DNA of 63,887 nt, counting the filler, from Atractiella rhizophila (lineage: Eukaryota): NCBI GenBank assembly GCA_021432655.1. It is 15 parts of 15 records of this genome, joined end to end, with 100 filler letters (N's around TTAATTAATTAA, not from the genome) between each part and the next. Parts side by side here need not be neighbours in the genome. Positions count along the whole stretch, not along the records: positions 32,713 to 37,242 come from MU272444.1; positions 37,343 to 41,863 come from MU272445.1; positions 41,964 to 44,119 come from MU272446.1; positions 44,220 to 48,737 come from MU272447.1; positions 48,838 to 53,353 come from MU272448.1; 10 more parts are not named here. One strand, written 5' to 3'. Of this stretch, positions 36,638 through 49,722 are shown piece after piece. Each line of letters opens with the position of its first letter. Positions within the stretch are counted from its first letter, which is position 1. A program made the position numbers and the translations under genes. Below the pieces are notes generated by a model. That model saw nothing but the letters and a program-made list of their open reading frames with translations, was not told the DNA's origin and ran no database searches.

Positions 36638-37210
36638 TCAGTCAGGATTCTCAACGTGTGAGTGAGTAGCCTTACCTTGTTCTCCGGTCCGAGTGCAAAT
36701 ACAACCTACTCCACAAACCCAACACCCTTGATGGTTTTTCATGCTTCCGCCAGTGCCAGAGATCTCGCTCGAACCATGAAATGAAAGAAGGTAGCTGGCA
36801 GGGGACATATCGTCACTGACTTTTGAATCTTCTAGTTTCAGCTCCTCTTGTCCTGCACTGGCGCGAAGGGGAGGATGACACGTGTTCTCTTTGCCGTCCT
36901 TGAAGTCGGCTGGAACGATGGAGCCCGCTGAAGATACACTGAAAACCTGAGCAGTGGCTGAACGTATCGGGGAGAAATGGGAGGTGACAGGGGAAGGGGA
37001 GAGTTCGAGAAAGCTGGTGCCAACAGGATATCTACGCGATAACTTGTGAGGTTTGACTGTGGTGGAGCTGCATTTATCGAGCAAGCCGGATCGGATGGGC
37101 GAACGTAATGTTGGTGCTATAGGAAGCTTTGAGAGCATAAGCGGTGGCGGCGCGAGAGCTCGATACATTTTCTGATGAAGGGTATTGTTCTGGGGAGAAC
37201 GTTGCAGGAG
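36638..37210 (-). CDS. Probable last exon of an unknown Ser/Pro-rich protein
   Basis: Open frame of more than 176 aa next to the contig end, with CWVCGVGCIC near the C-terminus. Family not recognised. Confidence 0.35.
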   Translation of the reverse strand, partial: LLQRSPQNNTLHQKMYRALAPPPLMLSKLPIAPTLRSPIRSGLLDKCSSTTVKPHKLSRRYPVGTSFLELSPSPVTSHFSPIRSATAQVFSVSSAGSIVPADFKDGKENTCHPPLRASAGQEELKLEDSKVSDDMSPASYLLSFHGSSEISGTGGSMKNHQGCWVCGVGCICTRTGEQGKATHSHVENPD

Positions 37211-40200
37211 TCTGGGATTTATGAGTTATCACAATCTCAGATNNNNNNNNNNNNNNNNNNNNNNNNNNNNNNNNNNNNNNNNNNNNTTAATTAATTAANN
37301 NNNNNNNNNNNNNNNNNNNNNNNNNNNNNNNNNNNNNNNNNNATGAGCGGTAACAGGGATGAAGACATCTTCCCCGATCCAGATACATTCGATCTTCACC
37401 GAAAGAGGGGAAAGGAACAGGCTCTAGGATTCGGATATGGTCAACATGAATGTGTTGCAGAATGGCTGGCTCGAGCTGAGCTGGAAATCGTTTTCGGTGA
37501 GTAACCACACTGTTTTTGGCGAGTGTGCCTTTGCTCATCGCACCTGCAGCAACGCTCTGGCAACGCCTTCCCAACCTTAGATTGGCGATTCCGTTTGAAG
37601 AGGTCAAGTATAGTCCTCTGAACAAAGACGTGGGCATTACCGAACTACCTGTTGTGTGGTGATGGGTAGAATGCTGAGATTTCCAATACGTACAACGTTT
37701 CCCTACAGAGGCTGAAATGTGATGAATTTAGAGTCCCCACAACTTACAGAGCTCTTCTGCCCTCAGAATAGGGCAGCGTTCAAATTAACTCTGCCCAGCG
37801 TGAATTTGTCATCGCGTCATCGTACGGCATTGAATAACTGTTTTATGTTGGGATCACGATGTGGACAGTTTATTCTTGAGGTTGTGATTTGTTGGGTGAT
37901 CGTAGATATGAATATGTGGCCAGAAGGACGTGACGTGGAATCAGACATTCACGGTGATGGTCCTCATATTTAAAGACGTCCTGGATCCAGCCGGATCTAC
38001 AGCAAGAGCTTTGTTATAGTGTTGTGGGTCTATTTCGGCGGGCCTAATGATATGAACAGAGGAATAATATGGTGCATGTCTTGTCTTGTTTGCGACTCAG
38101 CAATTAATCACTTCCACACCAACAACGCAGAGCCCACATTTCAGCTTGTCTATCCCTCGTGCCGCCGTGCCGCTCGAACAGCCTATTGGTACTTGGGGAC
38201 ATGAAGTGGATTCAGCCCATGTGCAACAAAGAGGAGCCAAGACATGTAGATGGATTTCAAAGGAGAAAAGGTGAAAAAGTGGAAGAGGGAAGGTGAAAAG
38301 CAAAAAGAAAAGCAGAAAAGCAGAAAAAAGAAAAAAAGGATACAAAAGGCGTATGGCTAGAAAAGGAGGATGGTCAAGAGTTTTCAGAATCACCGGTGGA
38401 AGGGGACGAGTTCAAGTCATTGTCTTCGAGTAAATTGGGCATCTTAGAACTGAGTGGATGAAGGATGGAGAGAGCTCACTTGACATAGCGAGGAGCCTGA
38501 CCAAGACGTTGAGGATTGTTTCCTGGGGAAAGACAACCAAGTTGTAATTGATGAGGAGGCCGTAGCCATCATCCAACTCGCCCTGAGCAGAATGTGAACC
38601 CATTATAGCAGAGATACACGAGCTTACAAGCAAAACTATAGTAGGCTGCTCCATCGTCAATTCTTTCCAGTTCAGAAGCACCTGGAGGGCGACCTCTTTA
38701 TAGCCCTCGAATAAATTATTGTGTGCGCAAAGGCCCAGCTTTGTGGAATGTTTGTGTTCTTTGAAAACAATTGCACACCAATTCAGGAACCCTGAGGCGA
38801 AATTAAGCGAAATGAATTAGAAAAGTTTCACAAAGTTTAGCAGCAAAGCAGCACTGTTCACAAACATTCCTCTTGACCTTTTTGTGTCGTTCAGGTAGTT
38901 CCTTTGAAACGATTTTTGCCCCAAACCCTCCGACAAGTTGATGGATGATCGACGAGCAGTCAGCAGTTCAAACTGCTGAGCTCAAAGCGCATAAGACGCA
39001 TAAGACCCAAATACGACTTCAAAAGCACGATACAACTCCGAAAGCGAGGCAGGTCACTGGTCATCGATATCATGAACGTTGAACGTTCGGACTGTCAGCG
39101 CCTTGAGCAACGTCGTACAGAGAATACACGTGACAGCGATAGCAGGCAGCTGAGAATTAATACATTGTCCAACGCCAACGCCCTGAGGCAAAGGAAACAG
39201 CTTAGCATTGGGTCATAACTTCATAGCTTCCTTTAGTAGTGCAGCTATATTGACGTTGTATCAAGATCAAATCGTTCTACGGCTCACCTTCAATTCAAAG
39301 TTAGAGTGAATTGAAGAACAGATTTGTTGGAGAGCGGATAAAATGATTTTGCATCTCCAGCCTCAAACGAAGTAGGCGAAAGAGTGGTCAGCACACAGTC
39401 TGTAGTCGAGTTGCAGTCAGAACTGGTCAGATCTGAGGATGAGGAAGCTTCACTTGGAAGATTTTGATCTATTGTTTATAAAAGCGAAACTTGTTTACGT
39501 TCGCGAAATCGCCGCCGTAATCTCCAAATTGCCAAGTACTGGTCAGTTCAGTCTGCGGTAAAGCGTCAAGGCGATCAAGGGGAAGGATCGTTAGTTCGTT
39601 CGATTTCAATGTTTTGTTACAGTCTTTCGAGCTGGAACACTCATAGGCAGAATGCAAATAATTCGATTGTGCCATCAGTAGGCTTGTTTAAACGTTTCGA
39701 TAATGTGGGCAACGAATGATATTGTGACACTGTATTTGAAACGAGACAAACTTGAATAGCTCACCCTCAAAAATAAAACGTTGCATCATCACATTCTTTC
39801 CCCCACTGGCAAATGATGACGACGACCTCCGCTACCCACGCGCACTATTGATTCTGCAGATCCCTCTATCACTAATCACTAATACCAACATGGAGTAGCC
39901 AGTTCTATGCGAGTTGATTATTAAGGAAGGATTGTGAGGGTGACGGTAAGTCAAAGGTTATGCTCCATTATGTGAGAAAGCGGAGCCGATGAAAATGCCA
40001 AAATTGCTATTTGCCATTGCTACGGAACAATATAACAAGGAGAATAACAGAGAAACTGTCCACAGCCTCGCACGAGACTTGCGGGTAACAGATAAAGAAC
40101 CATCAAAACCAACTGATTGTATCAAATTAAAAAGTCACGGAAATTGTTCATATATTGAGCCGAGGCTGAGCTTCGCACGACAAATTGAATTTGTGCCTTT

Positions 40201-40263
40201 TAAACCATCCCACCCATGTCTCGTTATACCCTGTCAATATCATAAAAGACTCGAATTCTTGGT

Positions 40264-41863
40264 TTACTCAATCTTTACTTCTGATAAAACGTCCTTTCCT
40301 TCTTCCACCTTAGAAACTGGACTCGATAATCCACTTTTGTTTACTGCATCCGACGATAGTGTTAGCGGCGACGCAACGCCAGTCATGACCGGACTGTGAG
40401 GTACAACAGGTGAATGCAGGAGAGCTGGTGATTGAGCCCGAGGAGAAACAGCTGGAGAACCCATCCTTGGACTAGCGCTCGCTCTCGGGGAGATGGGGGA
40501 CCTAGGTGAATGCAGGAGAGCTGGTGATTGAGCCCGAGGAGAAACAGCTGGAGAACCCATCCTTGGACTAGCGCTCGCTCTCGGGGAGATGGGGGACCTG
40601 GCTCCACTGTCGGGTGGGACGATGACCTGGACAGATTGACCCCAACTCTCCTCCCTGACGTGACCATTGGGGCGAAGAGGTGCTGCAGAGACGGGGCTCG
40701 GAGCGAACTCGATTTCATTTTCGCCGAGATCTGCGCTGCTTCTTAGAGAGTTGACATCCATAGAAACCATCGGAAGCAGTGAAGGATCCTTCTTCTTCGC
40801 TCCTCCCATGAATCCCCATCCTCCAGTGCTCCTACGTGTCCCAGTCAAACTTGTCCTGCTGTCATTATCCTGGTAATTCGCGTATGCATTAGGTTGCGCG
40901 TACGATGTGGGACTCATGATTGGCGATCCGGAAGATCGATTGTACAAGTCATCAGCAGTTGGTAGAGCAATTGGTGCCGGAGGTGGAGGAGCTGCTCGTT
41001 TGAGGGAAGATCGGTTAGACGAGGAGGTGGAAGAGCGACGATCAGCGTGCATTGCTCCGATAGGAGAAGGCGGTTGAACGTTCACGTTCATGCTAAGAGG
41101 ACCCGAACCACTAGGCCCATTTAAGGATATGCTTCCTCTCGCTGTACTTGATCGAGGTGACAAGGTCGCGGTATCGAAATTGTCCCTAAATGTTTATGAA
41201 CTCTCGAGCGTAAATGGGAAAAAGAAGACGAACTCTTTATCCTTGCCTTTCGAGTTCTCATCGTTCCTGCTTTGCGTGTAGAGAGCTCTTTCCCGCTTCT
41301 GCAACTCTAACCGTCCTAACAACCCTTCCCTGTCTCTCCACAATCTCCTGCTCCTTTCTGCGAGTGCACCTACTACTCCTCCCTCACCTTCATGATCAGC
41401 GGTCCACTTTTTCCACTCCTTTCTCAGTCTCCACTTAGAGGGATGTCGAGCCTTCACTGGTCCCCTGAAGTTCCCACCACCAAAAACAGCGCTATCCTTC
41501 TTCTTGCTCACAACTCCATTCGCTTTCTTCCCATTGATGTACCCATCATCGTCGAAGTAGAGCCCGTCTGAAGCGTCGCTGTCGTCCTGCACTCCTTCAA
41601 GACCATTCTCGAGATATCCTAAGTCGCCAATCCCATCCTCGCTTCCACTGGTGCCCACTTCCTCCTCATCAACCTCCAACAACCTGTTGCCAAACGCCGC
41701 AAAGCCCGCTCCACCCCTCTCAACGTCCTCGGCGAATCCTCTGAGGAAGCGACCCCAACCGCCGGTCCCCTCACAACCGTACATGACCACTTTCTCGTCT
41801 ATCTCCCTTCCAAAAGCGATCACCTGTCCGGGACAACCTCCCTTCGTCCCTTCCGCCGGCTGA
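40264..41863 (-). CDS. SMI1: KNR4/SMI1 cell-wall assembly regulator, 3' half (spliced)
   Basis: PGQVIAFGREIDEKVV...GGWGRFLRGFAEDVE is the Knr4 domain end, followed by a long SP-rich tail. Confidence 0.75.
40408..40599. repeat. Perfect 2 x 96-bp in-frame tandem duplication
   Basis: Identical units start at 40408 and 40504 and encode RSPISPRASASPRMGSPAVSPRAQSPALLHSP twice. Confidence 0.95.
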
Positions 41864-42757
41864 NNNNNNNNNNNNNNNNNNNNNNNNNNNNNNNNNNNNN
41901 NNNNNNNTTAATTAATTAANNNNNNNNNNNNNNNNNNNNNNNNNNNNNNNNNNNNNNNNNNNNGACGAACGGGGAAAGACTTGGACGTTCCTTTAAAATA
42001 AGACTTTCCTAACTTTTTATACAAAACATGACCTGAGTTTGGGAATGTTGCCAGTGTCATCCCAAGCTCCCCGGTACGGGGAACACTCACCCAACCTCCC
42101 GGACTCCCTCCTTCCGGCAAGTGTGTGAACATATTCATGTTCAACAAGCGATATAGGAAATCTTTCTCTTCCTTTAAAAGACTACAAATCACAGACCGTC
42201 GTAGTTTCGGAAGTTTTTGAAGGATCATCGAAAGTATCGACGTTCATCAAATGATGTTCGTCCAACGGACACATTCAGGAACTCCCAATCGGTTATCTGT
42301 CCAGAAGGTTAATCCATCACAGAAAGACAGAGGTCTAGTATCAACTCTTGACGATTCTAGTAGGTTGGTAACCCAAGGCTGCACAGTTAGAACGTGTAGT
42401 ACTACGCTATCTACTCCCTGCGAAACCACTTCCGTCCCGACTTCAGAGAGTCTGGCCGTATAAGCTGAACCTACCCACGAACGGTTCCTTCTCCTCCTCT
42501 TCCTCCAACTGATAACCTTTATTAAGGCATTATGGGAGGAACTTCCGAAGGTCACTACTAACCCCGGCTTTCTCGAGAAATGTTAGAGACATCATCGCTT
42601 GTAGAACCGACCCGAGAAGAAATCTCCGGTTATTTGACGTGGTAGAACGTTTGGTCATCTGTAACAGAGGTTTCTCCCTTCCCATTAGCTCGATCGCCAC
42701 AGTTTCTATCGCAGAAGTTACAGATTTCAACTTCATAGTCCAGACTCACTAACACGT

Positions 42758-43247
42758 TGTTGTGTAGGATATGATGGTACAATACATTTCATTCTATTGT
42801 GTATGGTGAGGGAGGTGTGAGGGCTCAAAAGTGCATCTTATGACTCATGCCAAGAACTGATGAATCTTAGAGTATAGGATTGCTAGGCTAAGAGAACCCC
42901 TTGTATTTGTATTTCTCAAGCAAAGAACTTGTATGATACAAAGGCACTAGATTAATAAGAACAATTGAACACTGTTCATGAAAGAAGATAGTATAGTGCC
43001 ACGTTCCCTACAGGATCATTTCTAAACAAGGCTTGAGAACAAGCCTTCCTTTCAAGGAGGGAATACTGGAACCTTCTGGAACCTCTTAGTCCAGCCTAGA
43101 ACATTACTCTGGAACATGGTAGAACAGTCTAGAATATTCTCTGAATAACCTTAACTACCATCGCTTAGAGTGTCTGTGATATTCTGGAACAATTCCGTAA
43201 CCACATAAAAGGAGCTTAAATGAGTAAGGATTCCAGACATTCCAACG
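42758..43247. repeat. LTR-like segment next to degenerate internal sequence (41964-42750)
   Basis: Termini TGTTG...CAACG (canonical TGTTG...CAACA), with clustered TCTGGAA/TCTAGAA motifs. No TSD or domain confirmed. Confidence 0.35.
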
Positions 43248-43702
43248 ACCCTACTTCTTCAGTACATTGTAGAGACCGGATCAACACCACCACAACCAAC
43301 CTTCAAACCTCTTGTATACGTTTCATCTTCTAGTACTTCTTTAGAATAACATAAGTCTCAACTCAAATTATAGATAGCTGCTCATGTCAATCACAGTCTA
43401 AGTATATGGGACCATGACGACTTTCCCATATTTCTCATCCCAATTCATTAGGTTACTCTTGTTTATGGGCCATGATTGAGAGAATTCAGGATTTTATTCT
43501 CAACACACCAGAGTCTAGGACCAAGGTTAGATCAATATTTTAAACCTTGTCATTTCCTTCTGTTCCATCAGTTTCCACCTGTATATAGGAAACCAAGCCT
43601 CTCACAACAAAATTAGGCACAGATGTAACTTATTTCATGCAAATTGCAAACTGTTCATTCCATGTATTCCTTTATCTTCCCATGTAACATCAAGCAGAGG
43701 AA

Positions 43703-44119
43703 TCATGCTGGTGGATAGAACCCAGTCCACAAAAAGATGCTGAAAATTGGCCACAATATGTTCCAGCTCAGCATCAATCTCTTCCACCAGACACAATAAA
43801 CATTTGCATGTTCTGATAAAATAACTGCAACCCCCCACCAATAGAGAGGAATTGTTAATGACTGCCGGATACAAATCTGAATATGCGAGGCAAAAATCAG
43901 AATGAAAAGGTAAAGTATATTGACAAGTACGAGTGGAAATAAAGTCTGCTCTAGTGAAGGGGAATCAGAGGCGGCAGTTGTAGTCCTGATGACATGCCTC
44001 ATCATGCGAATAAATCCGAAACGCCGGAAGAAAACGCGGACAAAATACATAGCGGTTAGAAGGACAGGGAGGGATATTAAGAAGTTGGGGAGCTGAGCGA
44101 ACTCCCAATAGCGCAGAAA
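43703..44119 (-). CDS. GPI18: GPI mannosyltransferase 2 (PIG-V), C-terminus
   Basis: FLRYWEFAQLPNFLISLP...HIQICIR...PLYWW...GFYPPA*. Confidence 0.88.
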   Translation of the reverse strand, partial: FLRYWEFAQLPNFLISLPVLLTAMYFVRVFFRRFGFIRMMRHVIRTTTAASDSPSLEQTLFPLVLVNILYLFILIFASHIQICIRQSLTIPLYWWGVAVILSEHANVYCVWWKRLMLSWNILWPIFSIFLWTGFYPPA

Positions 44120-44926
44120 NNNNNNNNNNNNNNNNNNNNNNNNNNNNNNNNNNNNNNNNNNNNTTAATTAATTAANNNNNNNNNNNNNNNNNNNNNNNNN
44201 NNNNNNNNNNNNNNNNNNNACTTGCCTGCTACTCATGTTATCAGTTCTCTGGATCAGTTCGACGCTGCAAAATTCCGCGATGATGAATTGATGGGCAAAG
44301 TGTGCACTCTTTCGGTCGGAGCAAGGGGATTCCTTAGACAGTAAATGGAAGCGATGCTCTGAAGAATGGGACGGAAGCTTTCATTGCCGGATTGAAGAGA
44401 AGAAAGCAAGGACCGGTGCAAGATGAGTAAGTATGTTTGTTATAATTTAGGGTCACTGCTGGTTGTACACTTTCCAAATCGTCGCCAAAATCTTTGCAAA
44501 AGCACATAGATTGCAATCTACACTGCATAAATACCTGGACTTCTTTCTAGAGGTCAGATTACCTGATGTCCAATTTGCGTTCCAAAATTTAGGTTAGATT
44601 GGTGTCCAATTTGTGACCAGAGTCTTGTGTCCAAAATGGGTCTAAATGGGTCGGATTTTTATCTGACCTCTGAGTGGATATTCCGGGGTCCCCTTCGAAC
44701 GCACTCCCAGTCAGAGCGATACCAGAACTGGATCAGCGTGCAATATCGGATTTCGGCTTCTGGATGGTCGGCCGCTGGTTTCAGATTGGTGGAAGGGAGG
44801 GAGCGGCCGACAGAGTGGAAGCCGAATTGGAACCAATACGGTGAGAATCCTTCCGTGAGCCATCCTGTGCTGCGACTTGGACGAAAGGGACAACAAAATA
44901 ACATACTTAAGGCGTCGGGCTAAAGA

Positions 44927-47218
44927 ATGTTGGCGACCATCAATCCATTCCTTCTCCAAGTTGATGCTCAGATTCAGGCAGGGGATATGGAGTTCACGCT
45001 CAATCCCCTCCTGCTCTCAACAGAATCCACCTCACATTCAGCCCCACAACCTCCCGAAATTGCAAAGCCTGAACCCACCATTTCTGGTTCTACATCGCGA
45101 AACCCAACCACTGCGGCCGTTAAACCACCTCGTCCAAAGGGTCAGAAAGGTGTAGGAATGGGGAGAGGCGGAGGCGAGCTCCAGTTTACTGTATGCTATC
45201 TGGAACCAGACTGATTTGTGCTTCTCAGGGCGACCGGCAACCGCTTGCATTCAGGTGCAATTCTGAGCGTTATTTCGAAGGCTGAGCTATGTTGACATGG
45301 AGCAAGCAGTGCAGGAACCGGAGGACACGATGTGATCAAGGAAGACCGTGTAGTAATTGCAGAGCGAGGGGTGATGACGCAGTCTGCACGCTCCTCACCA
45401 ATGGACCGCAGTACGCGAGCCCCAGTTGCCTCCTTTTCGTGTCCTTCTCAGAGCTTTCGGTTGTTTGCAGGACATCACAACAGGCCCGAGCAGCGGCGGA
45501 AGCGTCATCTTCAACTCAGCCCGCAAAAGCGCCTCCTCCCAACCTCGGGGGAATCAAGGTGCCTTTGCAGAACAACAGCATGGCGCAAGAACTGTCCATG
45601 TCCTTGTTCCCCAGAGACGATGAAATTCTCATCCTCCAAAACGTTCGCCAGATCCCGCTTACTTTTCCTCCGTATCCTGCTAACGTGCTTCCGCCCTCAG
45701 AGCCCGGTCAACAACCTTGGCGCTCCTCCCTTGCCTTACCCCCAAACAATTCAGCATTCCCCAGATGCCGACGTTCTCCCGACCGAAACTCAAGCAAATC
45801 TTGCAATCGATTCCTTCTTCAACACATCTTACACCCCCAGTCCACTCATCACTCGGGAGAAGTTTAGAATAGATGTCCAAAACTACTACCTCTCCATCAA
45901 CAACAAGTCTGGGCTTGGACGCTCAGAAGGACTTGACAATCATAGTGTGTCAAAATACCTCTTAGTATGCGCAATCGGATTGGCAGTAATGGACGAGCAG
46001 AAGCTGAGAAAGACCGGCTTTCCTCCGAAACAGGAGGCAGCACTCCTCGCCCGTTTCTGGGTAGATGCTGGTGTCAAGATGCTGAACGTAGGACGTAAGT
46101 TTTCTTTCCATGAACATCGTCTTTGTCCCTTAATTATCTTGGTAGCTGGGTGGACGATAGAGCCAACATTGGATGCGGCTCATGCATTGGCGCTCATGTT
46201 TCATTACTGGCTCTCCTTCTCGGATGGGGTACACATCCTCTCCGCTACCAATTTCTGGACTGGCATTTCCCAGCTTCTTCTTCAGTCCCTTGACCCGCTT
46301 AAGGATCCGGCCGATTTGTCTTCCGGGATGTCTACCGACGAAGTAGAAGATCGCAGGCGTCTTTTCTGGCACTTCTATAGCATCGATGTGTAAGCTCTCT
46401 ACCTCCCCAACCTTTCCAGCTGATCTTGGAGAAGTTGGTTGTCGATCTATCGAGGGCGAATGTGGCCATCATTGGACACGAATACCGTTTCTTACACAGC
46501 CGAGACCGACCCAGGGACGCTCGATGAGTCTTTTGGGGGATCTGTTCTAGCGATGCGAGCGATCCAGCACACTCTCATCGTCACCTTTGCGCGGATTCAA
46601 CAGCTCACAGCCCGCGACTCAGTCTCGTACGACAACATCGTGGAGTTGAATAAGAGCCTTGAGGACATCTCCACCAATATTAGCCATTTTGAGACGGCAG
46701 GGACTCCCAAGTCTCCTAATCAAGTTTATACCCTCAAGGTCCTCCTTGCGTTTGGTTATGTCCTGTTACATCGTTCCTTCCTCACCATGCAGCGGAACGA
46801 GGTTGGTGGGATCAACTTGGATTGGCATCGTTTCGTAGCCATCTCGAATGCCAGTTCGTTTTTGTTTATTTTCATTTCACAAGGGCATACTCTAAACAGG
46901 TTACAGCGAAACTGGCTCAGATCATGAACAACAGACCCTCGTTACCTCCGTTCCAGCTCCTCTTCATACATTTAACGTGAGCCCGTTGCATGTTCATTGG
47001 CAGAGTGCTGACCAATGTCTTCCCGCAGAGGGCTCATTTGCCTCGTGTGCGATCTTCAGTGTACCCCTTCGAGCGAAGAGGCAGAGGCGATCCGTCGAGA
47101 GCTCGAGACACGAACGGCGGAATTGCGTGTCCTGGTACAACACGCCAATGCTCCGAGCAATAGCACGGTTCCGTCAAAAGCCATGAATGTGCTTTTGGCA
47201 CTCCTGCAAGCACCTTAA
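44927..47218 (+). CDS. Zn(II)2Cys6 transcription factor with fungal TF middle-homology domain (spliced)
   Basis: ACIQ|CRNRRTRCDQGRPCSNCRARGDDAVC across an intron, then EDRRRLFWHFYSID and VLLHRSFL. Confidence 0.88.
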
Positions 47219-47549
47219 GTACTGCAAGCACGCATCATTTCCTCATCTCGCTTCAATCTGATCTGCTTTCACTCTCATTTCGGTAGCCTGGGTTTCGTAA
47301 CGCGAAAAGCTATTACAGATTTGTTGGGATCATATTGTACTTGTTTACCTACGAGTACATGGCAGAGGGAAGGGATTTCGACTGTGCAAGTATGTCCCAG
47401 TTACCGGAAATCCCTGGACCCAAAAAAAGGAGTGAATGTGAGGGAATCGCCAAATACCGTTCCGGTTGCATTTGTCAAAGAAATAAAGGAAAGGGCTGGC
47501 TGTCGTGTATCTTTGCACAGCGGTGAACGTCATCATTCCTGTGTATGGT

Positions 47550-48115
47550 AGAATCTCATGGACCTTGCTAGCGCTGATCGAGAAGCCAGGACAAACCCAC
47601 TCTCCAAAGACGTCAATCTCCCAGCTGGTGGAATGTAGGGGAGAAAGACCTCACGCCGCCACAGGAGCACTGAATTCCAGCCCAGTCGTAGTTTCCCAGC
47701 TTAGCACCACACCTCCTGTTAGGACAAGAGAGCTTCCCACTCATCTTCACCTCCTTTAACTCAGGATCCATCCAACTAAGAGGCTCCACGAAATATGCCG
47801 TACACTTTGTCATCGGGAGAAGTGGGGCTCCTTCTCCATCGACACATCTGTACTTACAACCTCCTCCTCACTCTGCTCTTGCAAGTCTTCGAAGGCGGCA
47901 GGCATTGCAACTCTCAGCTCCGAAGGAAGACGGTGAGGATTGAGCCTTGCGTTGCGAATGCCTCACTTGGAGTGATTGGAGAGGCTACGGGTGGAGTTGC
48001 AGCTTTGGTATTTGAGCATGAAACCACAACTACGCCAGTCTCGCTCCCACTCGCGTTGCCTACGCTAGTGAGGGAACGAATGGTCGTTACTGGCAGTGTT
48101 GGCCTAAAGGGCAAC
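47550..48115 (-). pseudogene. YVH1: YVH1 dual-specificity phosphatase zinc-binding C-terminal fragment, frameshifted
   Basis: CTAYFVEPLSWM...GKLSCPNRRCGAKLGNYDWAGIQCSCG...VCPGFSISASKV. Upstream frame breaks, and no phosphatase domain 5' of it. Confidence 0.7.
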
Positions 48116-48837
48116 GGCCTTAATTTCTTTAAGGGTCAATGAGGTTTACCTTAAGAACTTCATAAAATCGACAATGTCAAGCCTCCCTTTAATAATTAAC
48201 AGCTCCATATTTATGTAGAACCTTCCAGGAATTTTTTTAAGGATCATTTGTCAGGATAGATGACACTGTATTGGCTACAAAAAGCCTCTGAAAGTCAGTT
48301 TTTCTCTAACTCTGCTTGCGATCACCCATTATACAGATGCTCTTGAAGAAGATGGAGATAATGATAGCCGATTGGAAGGCAACACGGAGGACTTGGACCG
48401 TCGGCTCTGAAGTCCTTCCTTATCAAGTCTTTGGCTGTCTGGTTGAAACGGCTTGCACGGTGGCAAGCAGAGCAACAGGACAGCAGGTCCAGTGTGAATA
48501 TGATGCTGTGAAATTTTAATAGGGTTGATGAGGATGCCAGCAGTATCTGAATCGGGATCTGTTGACCACTGGAAACTCCTAGATGCAGAATGTAACATTA
48601 TACCACATATAACAAAGTTGATCATTGATGGTGGATTGTGGAACTGTTGAAGTTCAGCCCGCCACCACCACTCACGGCTTACTAAGAACGACGCGATGCC
48701 ACATATTCGAGGGGATTCTATTTTCTTCTCGCTTCTTNNNNNNNNNNNNNNNNNNNNNNNNNNNNNNNNNNNNNNNNNNNNTTAATTAATTAANNNNNNN
48801 NNNNNNNNNNNNNNNNNNNNNNNNNNNNNNNNNNNNN

Positions 48838-49722
48838 ACCCCTCCCACTGTGCCTCCAATCGCAGCGTTCCGAGTCGAGATGGCGGAGGAGTTGGAGAAG
48901 GGTGGGTGGGGGACGACGGATGTTGACGTGGGTCGGGAAGTGGTTGTGGTGGAAGTGGAGGAGGAGATGGAGGTGGAGGTGGAGGCAGAAGCGGAAGTAG
49001 AAGCAGTAGGAGGGAGGGATGAAGGTAGAGAAGAAGTGGATGGATCACCGCTGTTGCCGAACGGGTTCTCGGAACCATTAGGGACTGGAAATGGTCTATG
49101 CACACCGTAGCGAAAGATTCAATATGACATTCCCTTTCCCCAATGAATGGAAGAAACGCACACAGTGTTTTGGTTCCCTTGCACCACAAGTCCATCCAAA
49201 TCCAACCTCACTCCCTTCTTGTCATCATGTTTGAACCGCATCAAATGGAGCTCATCGTCCCTCAGTCCATTCACTTGAAATAAGACCTGTCCACTCTCTG
49301 CCTCCTGAGACAAGGCGGTTCCGCTGAACTTGTAGTCGTCTACTTCGATCTCGAACTGGCCATGGTCAGGTCCAGTCCTCCCGAAAAAAGCTATCGAAAT
49401 CCCTATTCCCATGCATTTCATGTTCAATACGGTCTCCCAAGCTCAATGACGGGGAATACAGATGAGCATCGAAGGACGCACCTCTGAATAGAAAAAAGGC
49501 AGAGCTGCCTGGTGTAGTGGTAACATGTTCGACCCCATCCGACACATTCAAGTTATTCGACGTCGCAATCTTCCACCCCTTCGAGTATTGAATCGACGTA
49601 TCGTTGTCGGAGTACCTGAGGCTGAAGGGACCGATCTTTGGTACCTGTTGAGCTGACGGGAGTGAGCGGGAGACGAGGGTGTGGGTCCGCCTTGGATTGC
49701 ACTTGGGCTTCTTGGAAGACAT
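48838..49722 (-). CDS. Putative single-pass membrane glycoprotein (beta-rich extracellular domain, S/T linker, TM start), partial
   Basis: SDNDTSIQYSKGW...HVTTTPGSSAFFLFRG...FGRTGPDHGQFEIEVD, then an S/T stalk and AAIGGTVGG at the contig end. Confidence 0.6.
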
